A stretch of DNA of 33,515 bases from a virus (Duplodnaviria > Caudoviricetes), in the IMG/VR virus record IMGVR_UViG_3300017565_000035, positions 1 through 33,515 of that record. One strand, written 5' to 3'. Position numbers and translations under genes: made by a program. The notes beneath the pieces were generated by a model. That model was given only the letters and a program-made list of their open reading frames with translations, had not been told where the DNA came from and did no database searches. Shown in pieces: positions 8,322-18,454 of this stretch. Every line of letters starts with the position of its first letter. The first letter of the stretch is position 1.

Positions 8322-8457
8322 TGGCTATGCCTCCTTTTTCGTGTAGTGGGGGGCCATGGCATTTGGAGCGCAAGAAGCTGCCGCCCTCGCACTGGCCGCA
8401 GCACTCAAGCCCGCAATTGGGCCTTTATGGCGAGCATCAAAAAGAGGGGTTCGGAGG

Positions 8458-11382
8458 CTATTCACCGCTGCCTCCCGCAAGAGCAGCGGCGATTGCAGCT
8501 GCGGAGCCCGTGCTTCCACCGACATTCCGCAGATCATTGATGTAACGCCGACGAGCAGCCGCTTGCTCTAGAAGATCAGGCACAATGCGCGGGTCGACTT
8601 CGGCCGCCAGCATTTGCGCGATCTCGGTTGCTACATCTTCTTTCATCCGGCCCATGCCGGCGCGCGCGGCCAGTCCGCCAAGTAGCGAAATGCCGCCGCG
8701 AACAGGCGCGCCGGTAAGGGCCGTGTCTACGACCCCATTGACGACATGCTCGCCAATCTCGTTGCCGAGTTGCTCGTCAGCTGCGAGGCGCGACGCAGTG
8801 GGCGAGCCGCCGAGCAATTCCGTGCCAGTGCGCGCCATCTCATTCTCAAGCGCATAGGTTCGGCCAAAGCGGTCAGCACCTTCCGGGAAGATCGCGGCAA
8901 GGCGCTGCTGGGCGACGGGCGAGCCATAAATGGCGTGAAGCGGGTTCGTCGAAAGCCTCGCTTGTTCAACACGATCCGCAAGAGCAGTTCGCGCGCCGAG
9001 GCGATACATATCCTGCTCGTTAGAACCCATGCGCCCGATTTGATCTTCGATATCTCGGGGAGCGAGGCGCATGAAGCCGCGCCCCGTTTCCATCGCTTCA
9101 CGGGCCTGCGCGGGCCCCGCATAGGCAGCGCGAGCAGCCGCATAGTCTGGGTTGAGCGCGTCCAGCTCGCGGACGAGATCGGCTCGAACGCCATTGACTG
9201 CCTGAAACGAGGGGTCGCTAGTCGGCAGCCGTCCGGTGACAGCATCGCGCCTTCCTTCGATCACCTGGTCAAGCCCCCGCTTCACCAAATCAAGGGTTTC
9301 CATCGACGGCGTGCGCGTCAGCGCTACATTGCCCTCTACGTCGATATCGTTGAAGCCGAGCGCCAAGGGATCGCGGCGCTCGTTAGCCGCAATTTGCTGG
9401 GCATTGCGAAGGGCCTGCTGACCGGCGGGCGTGTTCAAGATAGCCTCAAGTTCCGGTGTCATCCGCCCGGGCGCGGCGTAGGCAGCCTCATAAAGCGGAG
9501 CAGCCTGCGCCCTCGCTTGCTGGGTGAGCGCTTCCCCCACCCGATTAGGGTTCGAGACGGGGCCGAACGACTGCTCGATCTGGTCAAGGGCGCGATCGGC
9601 CTGCCCTAGTTGGCGACCCTGCATGAACTGCGTTATTTCGTCGCGCGCCTCCTGTCCGGCGTTGCGGAAAGCGGACCCGGCTCGCGCACGAAGTTGCGGG
9701 GTCGCATCGGCGAGTGTAACGGGGACGCCGAGCGACTGGCCCTCAGCGAGCATCGCGGCGATGGCGTCAGCGTTTTCGCCAACATCGCGAGCGACTATCC
9801 GCTGGGCGGCAGAAGGGCGCGGAGGCACCTCCGTCCCCAGCATTTGCGCGATTCTTTGGCCTGGAGCAGTGTCGAGAGCCATCTCCACCGGTCGGGCCAC
9901 TCGATCACCGCCGAAGGCGGCAGCACCGACACGATTACCCGCGACCGCCGAACCAGCGCCGAGCAGGCCATAGCGCCAGTCGCCGTCACCCTCCAAATAA
10001 CCCTGCGTCGCACCGAATGCCGCATCGGCGCCGAGCCCGTTGGCGGCGGTAAGCGGACGGCCCGCCCGCCCGGCCATACCAGCGAGACCGGTGAGACCCT
10101 TCATGCCAGCCAAATTTCCGACCAATTGGCCCCCAAAGGACGCAAGCCCATGATCGGAATTGGCGGCATCAAGAACATCGTTCTTCCCGGCGAGATATGC
10201 CGGAAGGCCCGCAGTCGCCGAATTGGCTGCGTTCATCACGAAGTTTCCGGGCGCCGTTTCGGCAATGCGGCCGAGAAGGGTGCTTTCCTCGTCGGGGACG
10301 CGCCTCTGCGAAAGATTCTCCCAGCCCGCGCCCAATGACCGAACGGGCTTGCTCGGGTTCGCCCGATGCTTTTTGACCACATCGCCGATGTAGCCCATGA
10401 GTTCGGTCCCGACCTCAGCGCTATAGGGGCGATATTGCTCATTGAGGAAATCGACAACCTGACCGGTGGTCGCGCCGCGCCCGATCATGTCTATGACTTG
10501 GTTCTCGATCCCGCGAAGCTCGGGGATAGGCTGCAAGCCGCCCTTACCTGTAGCTCCCTCGGGCTGCATCGGGGGGGCATTGTGGGCGCCAGCGGCTTTC
10601 GGCAGGCGCAAACCCTGCGGTGCCACCTCCGCTTGTTCGGGGTCGAAATTGCCACCACGCCACAGATCGCCCTGAAAACCTTGCAGCGTGCCATTCTGCT
10701 CGAAATAGGAGGCGGCAGCGTCGTTCGCGTCGGACGCGGCTTCCATCTGATCAATCAGGCGCCCGAGGCGCTCCGCATTGATCTTCTCGTCAAGGCGTGG
10801 ATTGTAGGCACGCGCGATAAGGCGCTCGCCTTCTTTCTCTGTGAATTGGGCGCCGAGAATGGTTCGGAGATTGCGCTGGACAACCTCCTCTACCCGCTCC
10901 CGCGCGTCCGTCACGTCCTGCGGTGCCAGTATTTCAGGCAAGCGCCCGACTACGGGGCCTGTCAGATTTTCGGAGGCAAGGCGCTGCTGGATACCTCGCA
11001 GCTGTTCAAGATTCCTGCGCGCATCCTGAGAGCCGCCAAGTTGCCATTCAGCGTATCGCTTCGAATACTCCTCGTCGAGTTTCGACTGTCCCGGCGCGAG
11101 GTTCGGAAGCGCATTCTCGCGGCCTGTTTTGGTCGCGCTCGCCCCTGCTGCCGCGGCTTGAGCCTGTGCGGCCTGCGCCTGTGCTGCGGCAAGCTGCGCA
11201 GCGTATTGCGCTTGGGCTTCTTTGAGACGCGCATCAGCTTCCGCCGAACTGGCATCCGCCCCTTCCTTGCGCTGGGTCGTATCGCTCTTCGGGATCATGC
11301 GCCCGCCACCGACGCGCTGCCACGGCTCGCCGGGGCCGCTGCGCTGATAGGTGACACCGTTGTAGACGCGCGTTTCCATCAC
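8458..11382 (-). CDS. Large internal virion / DNA ejection protein
   Basis: 974 aa, Ala/Gly/Gln-rich and helical; third gene of the ejection cluster in a podovirus layout. Confidence 0.8.
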   Translation of the reverse strand: MMETRVYNGVTYQRSGPGEPWQRVGGGRMIPKSDTTQRKEGADASSAEADARLKEAQAQYAAQLAAAQAQAAQAQAAAAGASATKTGRENALPNLAPGQSKLDEEYSKRYAEWQLGGSQDARRNLEQLRGIQQRLASENLTGPVVGRLPEILAPQDVTDARERVEEVVQRNLRTILGAQFTEKEGERLIARAYNPRLDEKINAERLGRLIDQMEAASDANDAAASYFEQNGTLQGFQGDLWRGGNFDPEQAEVAPQGLRLPKAAGAHNAPPMQPEGATGKGGLQPIPELRGIENQVIDMIGRGATTGQVVDFLNEQYRPYSAEVGTELMGYIGDVVKKHRANPSKPVRSLGAGWENLSQRRVPDEESTLLGRIAETAPGNFVMNAANSATAGLPAYLAGKNDVLDAANSDHGLASFGGQLVGNLAGMKGLTGLAGMAGRAGRPLTAANGLGADAAFGATQGYLEGDGDWRYGLLGAGSAVAGNRVGAAAFGGDRVARPVEMALDTAPGQRIAQMLGTEVPPRPSAAQRIVARDVGENADAIAAMLAEGQSLGVPVTLADATPQLRARAGSAFRNAGQEARDEITQFMQGRQLGQADRALDQIEQSFGPVSNPNRVGEALTQQARAQAAPLYEAAYAAPGRMTPELEAILNTPAGQQALRNAQQIAANERRDPLALGFNDIDVEGNVALTRTPSMETLDLVKRGLDQVIEGRRDAVTGRLPTSDPSFQAVNGVRADLVRELDALNPDYAAARAAYAGPAQAREAMETGRGFMRLAPRDIEDQIGRMGSNEQDMYRLGARTALADRVEQARLSTNPLHAIYGSPVAQQRLAAIFPEGADRFGRTYALENEMARTGTELLGGSPTASRLAADEQLGNEIGEHVVNGVVDTALTGAPVRGGISLLGGLAARAGMGRMKEDVATEIAQMLAAEVDPRIVPDLLEQAAARRRYINDLRNVGGSTGSAAAIAAALAGGSGE

Positions 11383-12203
11383 TTGCCCCCCAGCAAGCGG
11401 CGGAGATATTCGTCGCCCTCGGCGCGAGCCTTCGCCATCGCTGCGTTTTCATCGACACGCGGCGGCGCGGCCGAGATGGGCGGCGGATCGTCGTCGAAGA
11501 AGTCAGGGGGGAGCGTCTCCGGGGCGTCGTCAGGCGCCTGTCCGAACGCCATGCCCACGCCAGAGCGCGGACCAACATAGGTGCCAGTCGGCAGACCCGG
11601 AATAACAAGCGTCGGGTCGTTGAGCGCGGTGATGCGATCCTGCGCAGCCCTCCTGATCTCAGCCGGTTGCGTCGTATCGCGTGCGATGTTCGCGAGCTGC
11701 ACAATCTCCGGCTGCTCGCGGTTCGCATATTCGAACTGCTTCATTGCCATGCGCTGACCCTGCTCTAGCTGCATCTGGGCAACGGCCTTGGCGCTGTCCG
11801 GCAGATAGGGATCGGCGACGATCGCGGACAGTTGGGCAATGTTCGCCCCCGGTGAGGGAGGAGAGCCACCGGGGGCGCCCGAAGCGGAAGGGGAACCGCC
11901 GGGATTCAAGAGCGACTGAATAATCTGCTGACCGTAATCGGCGTTCCGCTCGGACGCGCTGTCGGCCTTGCGTTCACGCATCGCCCCAAGCAGATTTTCC
12001 GACACGCGTGCCAGACCCTGCCAAGGAGAATAGATCGGCGAATAGTTGGTCTGCGTCATGCGCGCGGCCAGCTCGCGCTCGCGCGCGATGTCGTCCGGCG
12101 TCATGCGCCGGCCACCTTGCCCCCACTGGAAGGGCGCTTGCGGCTCCTGCGGCTGCGCAAGCTGGGCGGCGATCATTGACGCGGGGGTCATGGAGCCGAT
12201 CAC
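11379..12203 (-). CDS. DNA ejection / transfer protein
   Basis: SPWQGLARV motif; position between two ejection genes. Confidence 0.75.
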   Translation of the reverse strand: MIGSMTPASMIAAQLAQPQEPQAPFQWGQGGRRMTPDDIARERELAARMTQTNYSPIYSPWQGLARVSENLLGAMRERKADSASERNADYGQQIIQSLLNPGGSPSASGAPGGSPPSPGANIAQLSAIVADPYLPDSAKAVAQMQLEQGQRMAMKQFEYANREQPEIVQLANIARDTTQPAEIRRAAQDRITALNDPTLVIPGLPTGTYVGPRSGVGMAFGQAPDDAPETLPPDFFDDDPPPISAAPPRVDENAAMAKARAEGDEYLRRLLGGK

Positions 12204-13180
12204 AGGACGGCCTCCGCATAGCGAACTGCCTTGAAGCCGTTATGACCCTCCACGACAGCCTCAGGATGAAGCTTCTCGACCTCATCGGCCATCAGCCCCA
12301 GATGCGTCGCCCCGCCCGCCTTATAGCGGTAGCTGTATACGCTGAGCCCGTTATCGAGCGTGCCGACGCGCTTGATCTCGGTCTTGAGGCGGCGGTCTGA
12401 CATGATAGCCGCACCGCCGAGAGAACCGGCGAGCCCGAACAGGCCGCCCATCTTCGCCCCGTAAGCGTTCATCTGGTTCTGGTAATTCTGGTTGACCAGC
12501 CCCGCGTAATCGACGCCGCCAACCTGTGTCTGGGGGGCGGCTGCCGACATGCTGGCTGGATTGGATACCTGGCTGCCCGAAAGAAGGGCGGTGATCTCGT
12601 TGATCGGTTGATTGCGCGTCGCCAGCGCCTCCGAAAAGGCCTGTCCGCGCCCGGTCAATGCAAGCTGGTTGAGCTGGTCGGTATTCGCGTTGGTGAGGCG
12701 CGTCATCTCCGCGCGCCATCCCTCACTGCCCGGCCTCAGGCCCGCATTGATGAGCCGCGTCCGCAGAGCCTCCTCGTTCTGCCCCTGCTGTTCGAGGATG
12801 CGGGGAGAGGCCAGATCATAGGCCCAATTTTCGGCGTCCTGATTGTTGAACTCGAAGGGTGTCCCGAGATAGTCCTGCAACATCGCCGATTGGTCAGACG
12901 CGAGTTGCGACAGGTTGATCTCCGCCTGTTGCGACTGGTCGTAAATCTGCTGCTGTTCGGGGCTGAGCGACGTTGACTGGGTATAGCGCGGGATGGTGAC
13001 CGTCTTGCCGTCTGACCCGACGAACGATTGTGTTCCATTCGGCGAATAGGTGACGCTGCCCCAAGGGCCGGTCGTGTCGACCATGTTGAGCATCTGCTGG
13101 GTAAGCGCGGTGTCCCGGTTATAACCGGATTGCGCCTGCGCAGTTGCTACGGGATCGGGTGCTTTAGGGGTGGAAACCAA
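12200..13180 (-). CDS. DNA ejection (pilot) protein with C-terminal peptidase S74 intramolecular chaperone domain
   Basis: PKAPDPVATAQAQ N-terminus, Gln-rich body, Gly-rich hydrophobic stretch, then SDRRLK...G.MADEV...PEAV; TTG start. Confidence 0.85.
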   Translation of the reverse strand: MVSTPKAPDPVATAQAQSGYNRDTALTQQMLNMVDTTGPWGSVTYSPNGTQSFVGSDGKTVTIPRYTQSTSLSPEQQQIYDQSQQAEINLSQLASDQSAMLQDYLGTPFEFNNQDAENWAYDLASPRILEQQGQNEEALRTRLINAGLRPGSEGWRAEMTRLTNANTDQLNQLALTGRGQAFSEALATRNQPINEITALLSGSQVSNPASMSAAAPQTQVGGVDYAGLVNQNYQNQMNAYGAKMGGLFGLAGSLGGAAIMSDRRLKTEIKRVGTLDNGLSVYSYRYKAGGATHLGLMADEVEKLHPEAVVEGHNGFKAVRYAEAVL

Positions 13181-13185
13181 GACAC

Positions 13186-13217
13186 GGACCTACTCGGGAC
13201 GTGCGCGAAGTAGGTCC
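13186..13217 (-). promoter_or_regulatory. Stem-loop covering the ribosome-binding region of the ejection gene
   Basis: GGACCTACT...AGTAGGTCC 9-bp perfect stem ending 5 nt before the TTG start. Confidence 0.5.
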
Positions 13218-13262
13218 AGCCGCACCAGATGGCAGAAGTTATGCCAGAATCCCGCTTATCGG

Positions 13263-13640
13263 TCAATACCGCCAATCTCTGGCAAGGATTCCGACGAGCG
13301 TTGCATCCCTACCTTGGCCGAATTGATCGCGCAGCACGCCCTCAACCTGCCCTCCGAGCCGCTGGGCATAGTCTACGACTTTGGGGTCTGCGGTCGTGAC
13401 CGTGATCCTCGCACACCCGAGCTGGCGATAGACATAATCCCCGACCGCCTTGATGAATGCTCGCGTCCAGCCCTTCCCCGCCAAGGTAACGTGCACCGCC
13501 GCGCCCTCGAAACAGTTGAAGATGACGCCGCCGATAATCTCGCCGTCGCGCTCGATCCCCATGGCCGTGTAGGGAGGGCACAGACCAAAGCCGATGCGCT
13601 CCGACACGAACCGCGCAACCGCTTCCCCTTCGACGATCAA
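13263..13640 (-). CDS. Phage GNAT-family acetyltransferase
   Basis: RLGGQVEGVLR...DATLVGIL C-terminal GNAT motif; usual position before the ejection genes. Confidence 0.85.
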   Translation of the reverse strand: MIVEGEAVARFVSERIGFGLCPPYTAMGIERDGEIIGGVIFNCFEGAAVHVTLAGKGWTRAFIKAVGDYVYRQLGCARITVTTADPKVVDYAQRLGGQVEGVLRDQFGQGRDATLVGILARDWRY

Positions 13641-15562
13641 TTGATGGCGTCCGCGACTTCATAGGTCAGTTCGGCGCTGACTATCTCGTCGTCCAAAGGC
13701 TGGGCCGATCCGCTCGTCACCTGATAGGCGAGCGAGCCGAAATAGCCCGTCCCGCCGATCGAATGCCAGCCATCATTGATCAGCCTCGGAAGGCTCTCTA
13801 CCCACTGAGATTGCCCCCAGATGCCCTGCCCCCAAACGCTACCCCCCATAAGCTCGGTCGCATTCGGGGCGGCGGGCAGGGTCTCGCTATAATCGGCCTG
13901 CCACGAAATGCGGGCGCTCACCCTGGCGGAGGCGCGCGTGACATAACGTCCTACCTTCGGGATCTTCCTTGCGCCGGGAGCGCCGAAATCGTCGAACAGG
14001 GGGATTGCAGCCCCCGTATAGGGCTGGCCGTCGTCCGAGCCCGTCTCATTGGCGAGAAATACGCCTCCATTCGGAGAGCCGAACAATAGCCGCCCCTCGA
14101 ATACCTCCATGCAACGCACGTCCCACCCGGTGAAGCGCGACCATGCCCCTGTTTCGGTGTTGGCGACGAACAGGACAGGAGAGAGGCCGGATTGGCCCGT
14201 AGGCGGGGCGAAGGCCGCGATCTTCTGCTCGGGCCAGACCTCGCCATGCCAAGCCTCTAGCCCGCGCTGTTCGACCGCATTCCCCCAGGCATCGGCGATG
14301 GGGTAGGAGATGCTCGCCGTGGTCAGAGCGGTCAGGTCCAGCTCAATCGCTTTCGACAGCGGAACCAAGCCAACGGATGTGGCAATCGCGAGGTCACCGG
14401 CGCCGCGGATAAACGCATTCTTGCCCAAGGGGCGACCAACACGATAGAGACCGACTTGTCCCCACGTTGCCGTATCCTCAGGCGAAAGGCCCTGAAAGAT
14501 CGCTACCTCTCCCTCAGTCGAGACGAACGCGTTCTGCTCCGACAAGCCTCCTTCGCCGCCCGACGATAGCGACCAGCGCTGACCAAACAACAATGAGCCG
14601 CCGAGACCGAAGATACCCGCCATCGGGAATTTGGTCGCGGTTCCGCCCACTGCATCGATACCGAGATACCAGGCATCCATCGTGTCCTTCTGCACGAAAT
14701 AGAGCCGGTTCTTGTAGACCCAGACGAAGGACATATTCGCCGATGTGATGCCAGCAGAGAACGCGACCCCCGGCAGATAGGCTTCATTCACCCCGTTTGC
14801 CGTGGCCTCACCATCGTCTCCGTCTGTAAGCGTTTCGTCATCGACGAAGGGGCCGTTCTCGACCCCGTAAATGTAGAGGATGCCTTCGCCTATCCCGGTT
14901 TCCTCGATCTGCCAGATGATACCTGTCGCGCCCGAGGTTCCGCCCGTTACAGTCTCACCGATGGCGAAGGGCTCAACCTCAGCATCATAGGCGAGCGTCT
15001 CTATCCCGCCCTCAACGTAGGGATAAAAGACGGCCCCGTCATAGATGAAGCCGGTGTCTTGCCCATTGACCCCGACGAGATAAATTCCCCCGGAGGCGGC
15101 AAACTGGACGACCGACCAATCCCCGCCGGTGAAGGCTCCCATGACGCTCAGGAACTGCGTAGACGACCAGCCGAAGACATTGCCGTTGCCGTCCTCGATC
15201 AGATCCCCGTCTTCGGTCCCGATCTCCGCATCGGTCGCAAACTCAACGTCGGTGATATCGTAAATGGTGGTCGGTGTCGCCCCGAACAACTTGCGGTTCT
15301 GGCCGTCCTTGTAGGCAAAAAGCGCGGTCGCGTCCTGCGACCCATCGCCGAGCGTGCAATGCCGGCGCTTGCCCCGGCGCAGCATGACGCTGGTTGCGCG
15401 CGGAATGAAGTTGTCGAGCACGGCCGCTCCTTGAGGCGCCTTGCCATCGGGGCCATTCGGGACGGCTAGCGCGCGGTTGCTGATCCAACCCGCCGTTGGG
15501 GCGGGAAGCTTTCTGATCTGCGATTTGCGCTGCTTGGGGCGTTGCAGGGTGCGGCCATACAT
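13637..15562 (-). CDS. Tail nozzle / DNA stabilization protein (P22 gp10 / tail tubular B-like)
   Basis: Start at ATG 15562 (TAATG overlap); PAPTAGW, beta-propeller-like segments (YKNRLYF), TGAWSRF. Confidence 0.85.
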   Translation of the reverse strand: MYGRTLQRPKQRKSQIRKLPAPTAGWISNRALAVPNGPDGKAPQGAAVLDNFIPRATSVMLRRGKRRHCTLGDGSQDATALFAYKDGQNRKLFGATPTTIYDITDVEFATDAEIGTEDGDLIEDGNGNVFGWSSTQFLSVMGAFTGGDWSVVQFAASGGIYLVGVNGQDTGFIYDGAVFYPYVEGGIETLAYDAEVEPFAIGETVTGGTSGATGIIWQIEETGIGEGILYIYGVENGPFVDDETLTDGDDGEATANGVNEAYLPGVAFSAGITSANMSFVWVYKNRLYFVQKDTMDAWYLGIDAVGGTATKFPMAGIFGLGGSLLFGQRWSLSSGGEGGLSEQNAFVSTEGEVAIFQGLSPEDTATWGQVGLYRVGRPLGKNAFIRGAGDLAIATSVGLVPLSKAIELDLTALTTASISYPIADAWGNAVEQRGLEAWHGEVWPEQKIAAFAPPTGQSGLSPVLFVANTETGAWSRFTGWDVRCMEVFEGRLLFGSPNGGVFLANETGSDDGQPYTGAAIPLFDDFGAPGARKIPKVGRYVTRASARVSARISWQADYSETLPAAPNATELMGGSVWGQGIWGQSQWVESLPRLINDGWHSIGGTGYFGSLAYQVTSGSAQPLDDEIVSAELTYEVADAIN

Positions 15563-16260
15563 TAGCCCAGCTCCCATGGCCACGCGAGATAAGTGCCTCT
15601 CATTGGGGTGCGACGACCCGACCGATAGATGCGCGAGCCCTTGTCCTTGGCGGCGGCATCGGAGAGTGCGAGGGTGAACGCCTCCTGATCGCCTGAGAAA
15701 TCGAGCTTCTTCTGCTCGCGCCATCGCCAGACAAGCCCCAGCGTCAATAGACGCTCCTCCAGCTTGAAGGTATCCGTATCGCTGTCGAAAGCGGGTTTCG
15801 TCTCCAGCGTCCCGGAATCCACCGCATAGTTGCGCGAAATATAGGGATAGGTTGCCGTCACCCCGTCCGAGGGAGCGGGGGCGAAATGGATCTGATCCTG
15901 ATAGATGATCCATCCGCCCGGAAAGCCGGTGAAGCCCCGTTCCTTCCAATAGGTGAAATCATTGATATCGGTGACGCGGCAATAGCCCCAAAGCCAGCTA
16001 TTCACGTCCATCATGTCGGAGCGTAGAAGCTGGCGCGCGTAATCGGGCGGCAGGTTGAAATCCGCTGTCGCCCCGTCCCCGCTGATCGTTGCCAGCTTGG
16101 TCAGGCCCTGCCAGTCGGCATAATCCACCACATCGCGCGCGACCTCATTCAGAAGATCGCAAAGCTCTATCTCGGTCTGGCCCGACGATCCGAAAAAGAC
16201 CGCCGGGCGCTCGCCGACAATGCGGATGGCCGCCGATTGAAGGGCGGTGAGGACGCTCAC
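15562..16260 (-). CDS. Head-tail adaptor (tail tubular A / gp4-like)
   Basis: 232 aa; W..L, FNLPPDY, FAPAP pattern; position after the head genes. Confidence 0.8.
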   Translation of the reverse strand: MSVLTALQSAAIRIVGERPAVFFGSSGQTEIELCDLLNEVARDVVDYADWQGLTKLATISGDGATADFNLPPDYARQLLRSDMMDVNSWLWGYCRVTDINDFTYWKERGFTGFPGGWIIYQDQIHFAPAPSDGVTATYPYISRNYAVDSGTLETKPAFDSDTDTFKLEERLLTLGLVWRWREQKKLDFSGDQEAFTLALSDAAAKDKGSRIYRSGRRTPMRGTYLAWPWELG

Positions 16261-16994
16261 GCAGCCTCAAGTTCCGAAATAAGCCGTTCCAGCGTATCGC
16301 GGCTCGGATTGCCTTTGGGAGCGGCGCCGGTCAACTTCTTGATCTTCGCCTTGATCTGCTCGTCGGTGAGTGCCGTATAGGCGCTGTCCGCCGCCTTCTG
16401 CGCGGCCTCGATTTCTTCAGGCGACGGCTCTTTGACCGGGGGCGTGGAAGCGCCACCCGCCTTGAGTGCGGCGATCTCGGCCTTGAGCGCCTCGATCTCG
16501 TTCATGGCAGCGGAAGTGCTGTTGCGGCTCGCAAGGAAGGCCTTCGCCGCCTCGCGAAGCTTGTTCGCGTGCATCCCCAGCGACTTGACCGCCTCGGGGC
16601 TCTGCATCTTGTCCAGCGCCTCGATCGAATAGACCTTGACCGCGCGACAGAGCGAAAGCTGCTCGGGGGTCACGCCGAAAGGACGAAGCATCTCCAGCGG
16701 CGTGCCCATCGCCTCCTGAGGGTTGCCCTCCTTGAAGGCCCGATACTGGTCGGCCCAGCGCTCGGCGTAGGTGATGACGCGATTGCCGTTCTTCGGGTCG
16801 CGCTGCCACATGGCGTGCGCGGGGAAGACAGGAGAATAGTTCTTCGATCCGGCAAAGCGGACCTCCACCATTTCCTTGACCTCCATCACCGGAAAGCCAG
16901 CCTTTTCAGACTTTGGGACGTTCTCGATTTCCATAATCTTGAAAACGGGGGTGACGGTGATCTCGCGATCATCGATAATGGCCATGCGCGTCAT
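16257..16994 (-). CDS. Phage head-associated hypothetical protein (HhH-like middle, HeH/LEM-like tail)
   Basis: GGAGGA RBS; GTPLE...V.SIE.L motif; short C-terminal helical domain. Confidence 0.8.
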   Translation of the reverse strand: MTRMAIIDDREITVTPVFKIMEIENVPKSEKAGFPVMEVKEMVEVRFAGSKNYSPVFPAHAMWQRDPKNGNRVITYAERWADQYRAFKEGNPQEAMGTPLEMLRPFGVTPEQLSLCRAVKVYSIEALDKMQSPEAVKSLGMHANKLREAAKAFLASRNSTSAAMNEIEALKAEIAALKAGGASTPPVKEPSPEEIEAAQKAADSAYTALTDEQIKAKIKKLTGAAPKGNPSRDTLERLISELEAA

Positions 16995-17018
16995 AAATCG
17001 TTCCTCCAGACAGTATGA

Positions 17019-17048
17019 TGAAAGGGGCGAGTTTCCCCGCCCCTCTCA
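17019..17048 (-). terminator. Stem-loop after the capsid/decoration genes (partial terminator or RNA stabiliser)
   Basis: GAGGGGCG-gggaaact-CGCCCCTTTC. Confidence 0.6.
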
Positions 17049-17052
17049 CGGA

Positions 17053-17415
17053 TTAGGGTGCAGTGCCCTTGGCGGCCCAAAAGCGGTCACCCGCCGCGAT
17101 CGTGCCGCTGTAGAAGCCGGTATGGGGGGCGTAGAAGCCACCCGAACCAGCGGCGGCCGTGATATCATCGGGACCGGTGACGGTGAGCGAAATCTGCGTG
17201 CCAGGCGACGCCGCGACCGTGATCGAGCCCGAGGCTTCGACCCAGATATATTCGCGGCCATTGTCGCCGAAAGCGGTATCGCCGAGCTGTGGGCTACCGA
17301 CCTGACCGGCACCAGCGGCGCCGCGTCCTGCGCCCTCATACCAGACCTTATCGGCCTTCACGACTTGGTGAAGGTTCGGCCCGAGGCTCGGATTCGTGCG
17401 AAAAGGGGAAGTCAT
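17053..17415 (-). CDS. Capsid decoration / cement protein (putative)
   Basis: 120 aa, Gly/Ala-rich, immediately after the major capsid gene; AGGAGG RBS. Confidence 0.75.
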   Translation of the reverse strand: MTSPFRTNPSLGPNLHQVVKADKVWYEGAGRGAAGAGQVGSPQLGDTAFGDNGREYIWVEASGSITVAASPGTQISLTVTGPDDITAAAGSGGFYAPHTGFYSGTIAAGDRFWAAKGTAP

Positions 17416-17427
17416 GTCCTTGCCTCC

Positions 17428-18444
17428 TTATGCTTCGTTGGTGAGGATGCGGTAGGAGAACAGCGGGTTCTCAAGAACCAACTGACCCGACCAGACGATG
17501 CCCTGCGCGATGGCGTCCTGATTGATCGGGCGCATCCCGTTTCCGGGGTGGAACGGCACGAATGCCTGACCCGGAAACTCATAGAGGGCGAGACCCTGCG
17601 TATCGATGCCGAGGATCGTGTCCGCGGGCATGACGTTGCCGATGCCGCCCGCCGCCACGATGTCCACCGGACCAGCCGGGGTCATGTAGGTGAGACCAGC
17701 GAAGCCGAGACGCGCGAGACGCTCCGAGGCGAGGCGCTGATGCGCCACGAACGAAGCCGAGATCGGCGCATAGGCATTAGCATCTGCAATGAGCAGGTCG
17801 GCGTAGCGGCCGTTGCGCGAACGGGCGAGCGCGATATGTTCGATGATCGGACGTGCGGTCGTGCTGTCCCACGTCGTGTAGGGCGATACGTCGCCGTTGG
17901 TGATATCGAACGTGCTCGTTCGCCAATTGGCGACGTCAACACGGCTGACACCGCCGTAGATGCCCGTATTCGGGGTGACGGGGATCGCACCGCCGAGACC
18001 GATCATCTGACGGCCGCCCGCGCCGGTGCCGTCTCCGACCATCGACGTTTCGAACTCTTCCTTCACCGACTTTTCGGCAGCGTCCATATAGAACGCCATC
18101 AGGTCGACGACCTCCTCTTCACCCGAGGTGTAGAGCATTTCCGTGCCGGTCAGCGAGAACATGCCGACGACGCGCGACCAGTTGAACACCGCCGAGTTGA
18201 GAAGCTCTTTCGGGGTGATCTCGATCTTGTCATAGCCGGTGAACCACTGCGCCTGCAGCTTGTCGAACTCGACGGGGATACGAAGCTCGGGACCGCCGGC
18301 GCGCTTGACCTTGATGCGGCCCTGATCGCGCAGGATGCGGGTGAGCGGGGTTGCGTTGTAAACGATGTCCTGGATCGCCTTGGACCGGCGAGCCGTGGCA
18401 GCAGTGAGTAGCTGCCCATAATTGCGATCGGGATTGATCGACAT
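17428..18444 (-). CDS. Major capsid protein
   Basis: 338 aa after the scaffold; GDGTGAGGRQMIGL, NWR, W.G.L...NP pattern; AGGAG RBS. Confidence 0.92.
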   Translation of the reverse strand: MSINPDRNYGQLLTAATARRSKAIQDIVYNATPLTRILRDQGRIKVKRAGGPELRIPVEFDKLQAQWFTGYDKIEITPKELLNSAVFNWSRVVGMFSLTGTEMLYTSGEEEVVDLMAFYMDAAEKSVKEEFETSMVGDGTGAGGRQMIGLGGAIPVTPNTGIYGGVSRVDVANWRTSTFDITNGDVSPYTTWDSTTARPIIEHIALARSRNGRYADLLIADANAYAPISASFVAHQRLASERLARLGFAGLTYMTPAGPVDIVAAGGIGNVMPADTILGIDTQGLALYEFPGQAFVPFHPGNGMRPINQDAIAQGIVWSGQLVLENPLFSYRILTNEA

Positions 18445-18454
18445 GACGAAGCTC

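Noticed and set aside
15563-15949. N-terminal extension of the 770-aa ORF
   Set aside because: Overlaps the adaptor gene; the real start is ATG 15562 at a TAATG junction.
16876-18411. 511-aa plus-strand ORF, and similar ones at 5486-6625, 8746-9609, 10366-11580, 21050-22111 and 23842-24732
   Set aside because: Antisense shadows of well-supported structural genes.
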